Part shown: in pieces, positions 11,201 through 23,335 of the stretch
Numbering within the stretch: the first letter of the stretch is position 1
Layout of the letters: each line of letters starts with the position of its first letter
NCBI RefSeq assembly: GCF_009834535.1
Contig: NC_045696.1
Span: 94,366,001-94,430,000, forward strand
Direction of reading: 5' to 3'
From: Camelus ferus
Lineage: Eukaryota
Length of the DNA: 64,000 nucleotides
Made by a program: the position numbers and the translations under genes
The notes under the pieces: generated by a model
What the model saw: only the letters and a program-made list of their open reading frames with translations
What the model was told of the DNA's origin: nothing
Databases searched by the model: none

Positions 11201-13235
11201 TTTTGTTGAGGTAGAGTCAGTTATAATGTGTCAATTTCTGGTGTACAGCCTAATATCCCAGTCATACTTATATATACATATATTTATTTTCATATTCTTT
11301 TTCATTAAAGGTTATTACAAGTTATTGAATATAGTTCCCTGTGCTATACAGAAGAAATTTGTTTTTTATCTATTTTTATATATAGTGGTTAACATTTACA
11401 AATCTCAAACTCCCAAATTTATCCCTTCCCCACCCCCTTTCCCCCAGTATCATAAGATTGTTTACTATGTGAGTCTGTTTCTGCTTTGTAGATGAGTTCA
11501 TTAGTGTCCTCTTTTTTTCTTTTTTCTTTAGATTCCACATATGAGTGATATCACATGATATTTTTCTTTCTCTTTCTGGCTTACTTCATTTAGAATGACA
11601 ATCTCCAGGTCTAATCATTGTGCTGCATATGGCATTATGTTACTCTTTTTTTTTTTTTTAATCACTGAGTAGTATTCCATTGTATAAATAGACCACAACT
11701 TCTTTATCCAGTCATCTGTCAATGGACATTTAGGTTGCTTTTATGTCTTGGCTATTGTATATAGTGCTGCTATGAACATTGAGGTGGATGTATCTTTTTT
11801 GAGTTAGAATTCTCTCTGGATATATGCCCAGGAGTGGGATTGCTGGATCATATGGTAAGTCTATTGTTAGTTTTTTGGGGAACCTCCATGGTGTTCTCCA
11901 TAATGGCTGCACCAGACTACATTCCCACCAGCAGTGTAGGAGGGTTTCCTTTTCTCTACAGCCTCTCCAGCATTTATCATTTGTGGACTTTTGATTGATG
12001 GCCATTATGACTGGTGTGGGGTGGTACTACATTGCAGTTTTGATTTGCCTTTCGCTGTTAATTAGCGATACTGAGCATTTTTTCATGTGCCTATTGGTCA
12101 TTTGTATGTCTTCATTGGAAAAGTGCTTGTTTAGGTCTTCTGACCATTTTTGGATTGGGTTGCTTGTTTTTTTCTTAAGTTGTATGAGCTGTTTATATAT
12201 TCTGGAAATTAAGTCTTTGGCAGTTGCTTCATTTGCAAATATTTTCTCCTATTCCATAGGTTGTCTTTTTGTTTTGCTTATGGTTTCCTTTGCTGTGAAA
12301 AAGCTTATAAGTTTAATTAGGTCCCATTTGTTTGTTTTTGCTTTTATTTCTGTTGCCTGGATAGACTGCCCTAGGAGAACATTGCTAAGATTTATGTCAG
12401 AGAATATTTTGCCCATGTTTTCTTCTAGGAGGTTTATAGTGCCTTGTCTTATATTTAAGTCTTTATGCCATTTTGAGTTTATTTTTGTGTGTGGTGTTCT
12501 AACTTTATTGATATACATGCAGCTGTCCATTTTTCCCAACACCACTTGCTGAATAGACTGTTTGCTCCATTGTATATTCTTGCCTCCTTTGTCAAAGATT
12601 AATTGACTGTAGGTGTGGGGGGTTATTTCTGGGCTCTGTATTCTGTTCCATCTATCCGTATATCTGTTTTTGTGCCAATATCATGTTGTTTTGATTACTG
12701 TATCTCTGTAGTATTGTCTGAAATCTAGGAGGGTTATTACTCCAGCTTTGTTCTTTTTCTTCAGTACTACTGTGGCAATTCTGGATCTTTTGTGATGCCA
12801 TATAAATTTTAGGATTATTTGTTCTACTTCTGTGAAAAATATCCTGGGTAATTTGATAGTGGTCACATTAAATCTATAGATTGCCTTGGGCAGTATGGCC
12901 ATTTTAACAATATTGATTCTTCTAATCCAAGAGCATGGGATATCTTTCCATTTCTTGACATGATATTATATATAGAAAACCCTAAAAGCTCTACAGAAAA
13001 ACTCCTAGAGCTGATAAGAGAATTCAGTAAGGTAGCAGGATACAAGATTAACATATAGAAATCAACTGCATTTCTTTACACTAACATTGAAATATCAGAA
13101 AACAGAAGTAAAGAAGCAAATCCTTTTAAAATTGCATCCAAAACAATAAAATACTTAGGACTAAATCTGACTAAGGAGGTGAAAGATTTATACATGGAGA
13201 ACTATAAAACATCGATTAAGGATGATTTAAAGAAA
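11201..13235 (-). mobile_element. Younger camelid-lineage L1 with 5' inversion, nested in the older L1
   Basis: Minus 3'UTR+ORF2 C-term 11201-12956 ([19 protein letters not shown]); plus-strand segment 12957-13235 ([10 protein letters not shown]); TSD tgttcatatagtctt / tattcatatattctt at 11186-11200 and 13236-13250. Confidence 0.92.
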
Positions 13236-15207
13236 TATTCATATATTCTTATAATCATTTGTCTTTCTGTGGTATCAGTTGTAACATTTAATTTCTGATT
13301 TTGAGTCATCTTTTTTCTTAATCTAGCTAATGGTTTTGTTGATTTGGTGTATCTTTTCAAAGAGCTAGCTCTTAGTTTTATTGATCTTTTCCATTTTTTA
13401 AATTCTCTATTTCATTTCTATTCTGATCTTTATTATACTCTTCCTTCTATCAATCTTGGGTTTCATTTGTTCTTCTGGTTCCTTAAGTTGACATCTAAGA
13501 TTGTTTATTTGGGATTTTTCTTGTTTCTTGAGGTAGATCTGTATTACTGTGATCTTCTCTCTTAAGATTCTTTTACTGCAGCCCATAGATTTTGGTATGT
13601 TATTTTTCTGTTTTCATATGTCTCTAAGTATTTAATTTCTCCTTTGATTTCTTTGACCCATTGTGGTTCAGTAGCAGGTTGTTTAACCTTCATGTTTTTG
13701 CAGTTTTTCCCTCTTTTTTCTTGTGACTGACTTCTAGTTTCATATCATTGTAGTTGGAGAAAATGCTTGATATGATTCCAGTCTTCTTAAATTTAAGCTT
13801 GTTTTGTGACCTAACATATGATTTACCTGGAAGAATGTTCCATGTGCACTTGAGAAGACTGTATTCTGATTTTGTTATATTATATATATATATGTATGTA
13901 AATATATACATACATATAATGTATGTCAGTATATATCTGTATATATGTCAGTCTGTCTGGTCTATTGTGTCATTTAAGTCTGATGTTTTCTTACTGATTT
14001 TTCTGTCTGAATGATCTAGCCATTGATGTAAGTGGGGTGTTAAAGTCCCCCTACTATTAGTGTCTTGTTTTCAGTTTCTCTTTATGTCTATATTTGCTTT
14101 GTCTATCTTGGTGCTCCTCTGTCGGGTACATGTTATACATTTACAAATGTTATATCTCCTTGATGGACTGACCCCTTTATAACTATGTAATGTTGTTCAT
14201 TGTCTTTTATTTTAGTTTCTGTTTTAACGTATGTTTTGTCTGATATGAACATAGCTTACACTAGCTTCTTTTCCTTTTCATTTCCATTTGCATGATGTAT
14301 CTTTTTCCATCTCTTCACTTTCAGTCTGTGTGTCTTTTCTTCTGAGGTGAATCTGTTGTAGTAAGTATATGAACAGGTCTTGTGTCCTTAACTATTCAGC
14401 CATTCTCTGTCTTTTGGTGAATTTAGTCCATTTTCATTTAAACTAGTTATTGATAGGTATGTGCTTATTGCCATTTTGTTCATTGTTTTCTGGCTGTTTT
14501 TGTTATTGTTCCTCTGTTCCTTCTTTTTCTCTTCTCCCTTGTGTTTTGGTGATTTTCCTTTGTGCTATGTTTGCATTTCTCTCTCATTTTATGTTGTGTA
14601 TTTACTTTAAGTATTTTCCTTGTGGTTATCATAAGGTTCACATATAAGATCCTGTGTGAATAGCTGCCTGTTTAAGTTGGTAGCAACTTAAATTTGAACA
14701 CATTCCATAGCTTTATTTTTTACTCTCCCCATGCTTTATACTTTCAGTGACACTTTCTACATTTTTTATTTTATGCATCCTTTAAGTAATTCTTGTAATT
14801 TTAATTTTACTACTTTTTTTGTTTTAACCTTCTTGCTTGCCATATAAGTGACTGATCTACTACCTTTATGTATTTACCTTTAACAGTGAGATTTTTACTC
14901 TCATATATATATATTTTTTATTGTTAATTAGTGCCATTTATTTTCAGCTTAAAGTAGTCCCTTTAACATTTCTTGTTGGGTTGACTTAGTGGTGATGAAC
15001 TTCTTTAGCTTCTGTTTTCTGGGAAACTCTAAATCTCTTCTTCAATTCTAAATGATAACCTCCAGTCAAGAATTCTCTACCCAGCAAGGTTATTTCCTTC
15101 ATCATTTTGCATATGTCATAGCACCCCCTTCTGGCATGGAAAGTTTCTGTTTAAAAAATCTGAGAGCCTCATAGGATTTCCCTTGTACAAAACAAATTAT
15201 TTTTCTC
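13236..15207 (-). mobile_element. Older L1 continued: ORF2 endonuclease region, spacer and ORF1 3' end
   Basis: Continues collinearly from 11200; ORF1-end sequence at 14960-15207 is homologous to 6820-7080. Confidence 0.85.
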
Positions 15208-15695
15208 TGTGTAGTGTGTGTATGTAACACACATACACACAATGGAGTATTATTCAGCCATAAAAAGAATGAAGTCATGATGTTTGCAGCAATGTGGATG
15301 GACCTAGAGATTATTATACTGAGATAAGTCAGAAAAAGACAAACATAATATCATTTATATGTGGAATCTAAAAAAATGATACAAATGAACTTATTTACAA
15401 ACTGGAAATAGACTCACAGACATAGAAAAGAAACTTAGGGTTACCAAAGGGGAAAGCAGGACTACGGGAGGGGATAATTCAGGAGTTTGGGATTAACATA
15501 TACACACTGCTATATACAAAATACATAAACAATAAGGACCTACCATATAGCACTAGGAACTATATTTAATATCTTGGAATAACTTATAATGGAAAAGAAT
15601 ATATATTATATATATATATATGTATAACTGAATCACTTTGTTGTACAACTGAAACTAACACAACAGTGTAAATTAACTATAATTTAGAAAAAAAG
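15208..15695 (+). mobile_element. L1 3'UTR (artiodactyl type) with A-tail
   Basis: aatggagtattattcagccataaaaagaatgaa...gatacaaatgaacttatttacaa...aactgaatcactttgttgtacaactgaaactaacac. Confidence 0.9.
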
Positions 15696-16535
15696 ATACT
15701 ATTGATATGTCACTGTAACTAGAAATACTTCTGAATTTATTTTAAAAAAGAATGAATGTATTTCATTGTTGTTTCTCAGTTGAGAACCACGACAAATGAC
15801 AGTTTCTTTCTTCAGGATTTCATCGCCATTTTATAACTTGGAGTTGAGATTTTGTGTTAGCTTAGTATTTCTGTGGTAAAATCATTTGAATCTCTAAAAC
15901 AGATTAACAAAATAAACCTGTTATCTTCAAAAAATCAAATTCATGAAAGTTACAATGTTCTACATTTTCCAATGTATTTCCACTCAATAAAACTTAGTTT
16001 CATTCTTAGAAAATGTTATTGGGAAGTGCATGATTTTGGTCAACAAATAGTATCATTTTGACAATCATTCCACTTAGATCTAGTTCCAGTGTTCAATATT
16101 TAGTGCTTACCTTTTTACACTTCACGGCTCTTAATATCTAAGCCATTATTGACTAATATCTAGTTTAAACTCAAACTCCTTTGTTATTCCAGGTTCTCTA
16201 CAACCTGAAGTTAATCCATTTGCTCATAATAATTTCTTCAACATAAATCTTTGTAAACTTTCAGTTTCCAGCCCTCCAGATTTGCCTTGTGATTTCTTTC
16301 TTCTGAGCCTCAGCCTGAAATTTCCTGCTTTCTCCTCTCTTGTCATCTAAATCCTACCCACCTACCTCCATAAAGCCTTTCCTTACTAAAGCAGATCTCA
16401 TCAGACACTTAATATTGGACATGTACTTTTAGCTAGATGCCTGTGTTAACAATACATAACTACCATTTGTATTATTGCTATTTACCAGGACCTGAAATAG
16501 GTCATTTACCTACCAAAATCATCAAAAGTATGTAA

Positions 16536-16678
16536 TCTGAGATTTGCAAATGTTAGCCACTACATATAAAAATAGATTAAAAACACAAGTTTCTTCTGTA
16601 TAGCACAGGGAACTATATTCAATATCTTGTAATAAACTTTAATGAAAAAGAATATGAAAAGGGATATATGTATGTGTA
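16536..16678 (+). mobile_element. L1 3'UTR internal fragment, no tail
   Basis: gagatttgcaaatgttagccactacatataaaaatagat...tatagcacagggaactatattcaa; homologous to the reverse complement of 11270-11410. Confidence 0.8.
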
Positions 16679-18279
16679 AAAGGCATTTTAGTATATAGAA
16701 ATACTCAAAATTATGCTTTGATTGGAATTCAGCTCATTAAAGTTTTATATTAAAAAGAGGAACCTAATTTTTAAACCGTAATGCACAAATGATTAAGCCT
16801 CTTATTTTCTTTATGAATCTAGTTCTTTTGTGTTAAAATTTTTAAAAATCACTTTCATTTTGATAAATACATAGCTAATAGATTTGGCAGATTAAATTCC
16901 TTGATATACTTAACAGCATTTACAATCAAGTTTATGTAAATTTCCTTAGATATTTCAAACTGTAGTCCCAGATTTATCTGATTTTTCTCAAGCCCTTCAA
17001 ACAACTAAGGGAAGATTTGTAAATCTATACACCTGTGTTCTTTAAGCATGTAAACAACACTCGTAAATCTAATAAAGAAAACTTCAAAATTCAATAACTC
17101 ATATTCTTCTGAGTGTATCTAACATACTTAAAACAATAAACAAAAGCATTACTGAAGCTGCACAACGATTTCAAATATATTACTACATGTACATAACCCC
17201 CCCAATTTTATTCTCCGATTACTCATTTTTTTCAGAATTACTTATTTTCACATTTTATGTAGGTAACAAGACTTTTCATAGAGCTAACAATGTATTAAAA
17301 ACAAATTGGGGTGGAGAGGCAGAATTAACATCTTGGTAGGTCTGAGACCACCCGGTTGAAAATTTAGGACCATGATGGAATCAGTCATCCTTTAAAATTA
17401 GTGACTAGAACAAGAGATGCTGGAGAAAAATCTTTCAAGACTGGTCTGAGCTGGCATTTATTGAGCTAGATCTCTTCTTTGAGAAATGTGAATCTTCAAA
17501 TACCCTGTCTGCCATTTTTTTCCCATCTGGTATATTATTAACTGCCTTCATTTATTCATTGAACAACATATGTTTCATAGATTTTATTACATAATTTGAG
17601 ATTCTGTACTTCCCAACCACATTGCAGTTCATTTAACCAGTCTTTTTTGAGATTTTGCCCTGAAAGGACTTTCAGGCTAGTGTTTCTTTACATATGTTTA
17701 GAAACTCATTTTTGCCTTTTCTGTAGTATATTTCATAGTATTTGCCATGATACTGCACAAAATTACTGCTGCATCTTATAAATATTTCCTGGGTATATAA
17801 GTAGAATCATATCTAAAAGATGTGATTAATTTCTTTTATTAACCAAATTCATGTAAATATTCCAAGTACATGTATAAATGTTGTAGAGTATATTTATTTT
17901 AAGTACTTCTCCTGTTTAATTTAACAATAAAAAATGCTGAGTACTTAATTTTTAAAAATCTAACAAACATAATGATTATTAATTCTTTTACTTGCTTCAA
18001 TGCTTTATGTACTCATTTCAAATTAAAATCATAAATCTCAACTGATTCTTCAATAACACAATTGCATTAGAATCACAATGTTGACCTGGCTACTCTGATA
18101 GACTAGATTTTTTGAGCATTACAAATAGATAAAACATCAAATATATAAGAAGTCCTTAATGTAAACATATTGTGGTTTTCATTTACTTAAAATTTATTGT
18201 GACTCATTCAGGAATTAAAAGGTGCTTACACCCTAGGGGAAGTGGTTGAGGCTACACCATAACCAGTAATACAGATTAC

Positions 18280-19130
18280 TTTTCCATGTCTATTTTTTGT
18301 ATCAATATTATGCTTACCTGGTAAAATACAGGTAGGAAGTATCAAGACTTTATGTAATATTTAAATTGTCTGGGTTTTTTTTTTTTTAAGTATTTGTAGA
18401 AGTCACCTATAAAACTGTTCAGACATGATAGTTTCTTTTAGGAAGATACTAAATTAGTGAGTCATTTCCTTTAATCTTTAAAAAAAAAAAAGCATTCAGT
18501 TTAGATCTGCTACATCTATAAATATGTCTCTCTTTACACTGTTTCTTCTCTTTTCCTTAGTCAATATTTCCAGTTGATAATAATTATCAGTTGTTTTCTT
18601 TTCAAACTACAAACTTTTAAATTTGTTGCCCTCTGATTTTGGTTTTCAATTTCAGTAACTTCTCTGATACCGCTTTCATACTTTCTTTGGGATTATTTGT
18701 TCTTTGTTTCAACTTGAAAGTTGGAACCTTAGCTCATTAAATTTTGGTCTTTCTCTTTTGCAAATTGAATTCATGCCTTTAAGGTTATATACTTCCCTCT
18801 AAATCTCTTTAGCTATATCCTACAGATAAAGACAGTATCTATTTATTGTTATTCTACATTTAAAAATTAATTATGGTCTCTTTGCATAGATTTCTTGAAA
18901 GTATTTCTTTAAAAAATCTAAGTGTCTTTGCTTGTTTTCTTTTTGTCTCAGATTTCAGCTGAACTCTACTATGGGTAGAGAACATGGTCTCTATTTCTAT
19001 ATTTCTTTAAAACATATTGACAGTTATTTTACAGTGTAGTACATGGTCACTTTTCATAGGTATTTGATATCTGATTGAAAATAATTTTATTGTCTAGCTA
19101 TTGGAAACAATTCTTTGCATGTCCATTTAG
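18280..19130 (-). mobile_element. Ancient L1M ORF2 fragment
   Basis: Degenerate antisense ORF2-type sequence (gtagaagtcacctataaaactg, ggttatatacttccctctaa, ctactatgggtagagaacatgg). Confidence 0.6.
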
Positions 19131-22100
19131 AATAGGACTGGAGAAGATGATTAGCTCCTTTGTTTAGGCAGAGGGAGAGTGATAACTTTTTATTTCCATA
19201 TTTCTTTTATCCTGACTGTAAGCATGGAGTTTCTGGGTTAGGTGCAGACTGATTATTTACCTAGCAATCTTAGTGCTGGTTCCCGTGCTCTTTTCTCTTT
19301 TGGGGCAATATGATGAGGGCACATATAACCCTATGTGTAAAGAGTGGGGGCTCTTCCAGAGAAGACCTGAAAATTATGACTCTTGGAGCTTATCTAGGGA
19401 CTATTGCATAAATGCTTTTCCTTCCCTCCTGAAAAGGGAGAAGACTTTGCCCTCTACTGCAAACAAATCCTCTCTGGGAAGGGAGGGGAAGGTCCCTGGG
19501 TTGTTACAACTCTGCAACAGAAACAGATGGCTCCCGGAAAGAGAAATTTATATATCTCTTTTGGATATTTTACTATTTATAATGTCTAAGGCTTGTTTTC
19601 TATTCACTCAGCAGCCTAAGTCAGGTGGAAATGTAGCTGCAATTTCAAGTTGTTGGTTATTGTTCAACGAGGGGTGTTATTTTGGGATCTCAGCCACAGT
19701 GAATTTGGAGATTTAGAATTCATCTTTCTTACCCCCTGCTACTCCACAGCATGTCACGCCTTCACCCTCCACTCTGTTGATGATGGTAGTAAGGTATGAG
19801 GCGGGGTAGGATAAAGGAGTCCCTCTACATTTGGGAAGTAATAAGGTAGTGCTCTCCCCGCTGCACTTCCGCTTAGACCATTTCCTGCTAAAGTATTTCA
19901 GAATTGCAGTCGGTAATTAGAACCATGAAAAGTGAAAACAAAGTTCAGTGATTCAGCTGCCTTTATGCAAAGTTAAATTAAATGAACTGCGTAAACACTT
20001 GAATTGATAAAGCAGGGTTTTACATTAACATTTCTTTCAGTGACATCTTCTTAATGTTTTTCTCTGTGGACAGTAGGACAGTAAGTGCAGACTCAATAGA
20101 AACTGAGCTCAAAGGCATAAAAACCTTAACGATAAGCACAGGAATATTCATAGTGAGTAATGATCAAGACAGTGAAGCTACAATTCAGTGAATAAAAATG
20201 AATGCATTCTCTATATAAACAATAATAAGCAACCAAGCACAGTTTTATCATATGATAATCCCAATAAAAGATGCCAAAATATCTCAGTTTCATAGCATTC
20301 CAAGCAACACAGATAAAACTCTGATCTATGCAACTGTAATTTTTTTAAATCACATTTTATGCTATTTTTTAATTTTAAAGATAATTTGGATAGTTTTAAG
20401 TTTTATTTTTTGTATTATATATTCATGGAATAAATATTTAAAATAAATAATATGTTCAAGATTTCTAGTGTTCAATTGTTCTTAACTAAAAAAAATTCAA
20501 TTATACTTTAAGAAATGTAGCAGCTTAACTAAATTTCTGTTTTTTCTCATATCTTGGGAATTGGGAAATTGAACAATTCTTGTTTGTTTTTGCTTTTGAA
20601 AGGTTTGGTTGGCTGTTAGCAATATATAAAGAATCCATTCACTTTAGTTATAGAGCAGGTATGCCTGATGGTTTTTGGTTTGACTCTATATTTAGACCTA
20701 ATACTGGATTTTGGCAGAAGGCATGACTACTTTCTCAATTGTTCGATTTGAAACACATTTTTCTGTAAGCTTGATAACAACATTTGTTGTTACTGTTTTT
20801 ATATATATAAAATTTTAGCCTGGGCCCAACAAATTTCTAATTAGGCAGATACATGTAATGAGATATGAGGCGTTAGGCAATATTTCTTCCAGTCTACATG
20901 TATTTGAGAATGACATCAGTAGGAACTTCATGATGCTTTAGATTGATGTGCTTTCTGAAAATTCTGTAAAACTTGATGTGGAATATACTTCCTGTTTTCT
21001 TTTCCAGCCAGTGCAGAGTTCTCTTAAGACTTCCCCTTTTTATTTCTGCTATTAGGTTAAGTTAAACCAATTGGTCACTGTGGATTATACTTCAAAGGAA
21101 GACCAATGACTAATGGGCAATAGAATAGATACTACTCCATCTTAGTTTTCTTTAACAGATGTCTAGTGTTTGAATAATATAGTATATAGTTGTATCCTTC
21201 TTATACATTCAGGATATATGTAAATATTTACGCTATTGATACATGTTTGGCAACACAGTCCTTCTAGTCATTGGACTAAAGCCATGGTCCTCAAACTTTT
21301 AGCCTGCATGAAAATCATCTGCAGGGCTTATATAGATTCCTTAAATCATCTTATTGCAGCCAGATTTTAAGTGTGTGAAAGTGATGGCAGATATACCCAT
21401 GTAAAATGTTAGTGTCATTTACATAAAATTACAGAAATTAGATATTAATCAAAATCCAAAATTATATAAGCCAGGGAGTCAGTGTTGACTTTAGGATGTA
21501 GTAATAGTTAACACAAATCCAGCAGCAGCTGGTTTGTTTTCCCATTGACATGTGTGTTTTTACTTGAGGAGCGTGCACCTGTCACTGTCGTTAAACTCTG
21601 ATGAATCTTGATGTATGCTTTCCTTCTGTTCTATTTTGACTGACTTGGTACCCATAAGAACATGTAGGAATGATGGATGTTGATTTTGAATTGATGAACT
21701 CAGATTGCTGTGTCGGTGAACTACTTCCTAATTGGCCTCATTCTTTCAAATCCTTTGCTATACACTTGTCTTTCATGATGATGTATCTTTTGTGTGTGAG
21801 TGGAAATAATCTGATAATGTACTTTTCCCATCTTACTCTTTTCAGGGGAAAGTATGACAGATTAAAAATAGTGGTGAGCTTTCAAAATATTTACTAAGAC
21901 AATTTTTAAATTATGTCAGTGTCAACTGTCATTTTTTAAATTAGCTTTATAAAAATGTGCCATCCTTTGCTTGTAACAGCTCAGATACAACATGGTAGAA
22001 AGAGTGGAACAAGAGTAATAATGAGAAAAGATTGCAAAACAATGAACTGCAAAATAATCTTGCATTGGTGTGTATATTTAATCTATTTTCTTTATACTTT

Positions 22101-22248
22101 GACTTAAAGTTACCCTGGTAACCTGAAGATTATAGAAATATTTCTGGCAGAAACAATTGAGAAAGCCTGGCAATTAGCAGGAACTTTAACCTAAGAGCAG
22201 TGATCACACCAAAAGTAGACAAGGATGTGAAGAAACAAAAAGTTCTCA

Positions 22249-22393
22249 GGGGAAGGATATAGCTCAGTGGTAGAGTGCATGCCTAGCATGCACAAAGTCC
22301 TGGGTTCAATCCCCAGTACCTCCATCAAGTAAATAAATAAATAAATAAATAAATCTAATTACTTCCCCCCATTAAAAAAAAAATAGAAAATTT
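22249..22393 (+). mobile_element. Vic-1-type camelid SINE (tRNA-Ala derived)
   Basis: A box tagctcagtgg, B box ggttcaatcc, (TAAA)n linker, ctaattacttccccc tail, poly(A); TSD aaaaagttct at 22237-22246 and 22394-22403. Confidence 0.92.
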
Positions 22394-22621
22394 AAAAAGT
22401 TCTGTATTTGGTGTGACTAGATTAGAGAACAATTTGACAGTAGCTGGTAAAGTTGAAGATGTAGGCACAGCAATTTTACTTCTAGGTATCTATTCTGGAG
22501 AACACTTTACACATGTGCAGAAGGATGTTCATCTAGCAAAATTATAACAACTGGTACACCTATTCTTTAAGCATATAAATAGATTAACAGAATACTCTAT
22601 AACCCTTAAAATGAATGAATT

Positions 22622-23335
22622 AGCCACTATGGAGAACAGTATGGATATTCCTTAAAAACTAAAAATAGAGTTACCATATGATCCAGCAATCCCACTCCTG
22701 AGCATATATCCAGAGAAAACTATAATCAGAAGAGACACATGCACCCCTGTGTTCACAGCAGCACTTTTTACAATCTCCAAACTTACAAGCAACCTAGATG
22801 TCCATTGACAGATGAATGGATGGATGTGGTGTGTGTATATACGTACACACACAGACACACACACACACAATGGAATGCTACTCAGCTGTGAAAAAAAAAA
22901 AAGAATGAATTCATGTCATTTGCAGCAATGTAGATGGACCTAGAGATTATCATAGTTAAGTCAAGCAGAGAAAGACAAATATCATGTATCACTATTACAT
23001 GTGGAATCTAAAAAATATGATACAAATGAACTTACTTACAAACCAGAAATAGATTCACAGGCAACTTATAGTTACCAAAGAGGAAAGGTGTGGAGGAGAG
23101 ATAAATTAGAATTTTGAGATTAACAGATACACAGAACTATACATAAAACAGATAAACAACAAGGTCCCATAGTATAGCATAGGGAACTATATTCAGTATC
23201 TTGCAATAGCATATAATGGAAAAGAGTTTTAAAAAGAATAGATATATATATATGTATAACTGAATCACTGCTGTATACCTGAAACTAACACAACATTATA
23301 AATCAACTATACTTCAATAAAAAAACTTAAAAAAA
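22622..23335 (+). mobile_element. L1 ORF2 end + 3'UTR with A-tail
   Basis: agccactatggagaacagtatgg...ccatatgatccagcaatcccactcctg...aatcaactatacttcaataaaaaaa. Confidence 0.92.

Noticed and set aside
11995..12552. 185-aa hydrophobic plus-strand ORF resembling a membrane protein
   Set aside because: Antisense shadow of L1 ORF2; the same applies to ORFs at 26646, 7039 and 10698
19273..19716. 147-aa ORF
   Set aside because: GTG start, no recognisable domain, and adjacent to an ancient L1 remnant; probably decayed repeat sequence
22249..22324. Apparent tRNA-Ala gene (also at 31316-31392)
   Set aside because: Followed by SINE linker, poly(A) and TSD, with CpG-decay mismatches in the stems; these are SINE heads rather than tRNA genes
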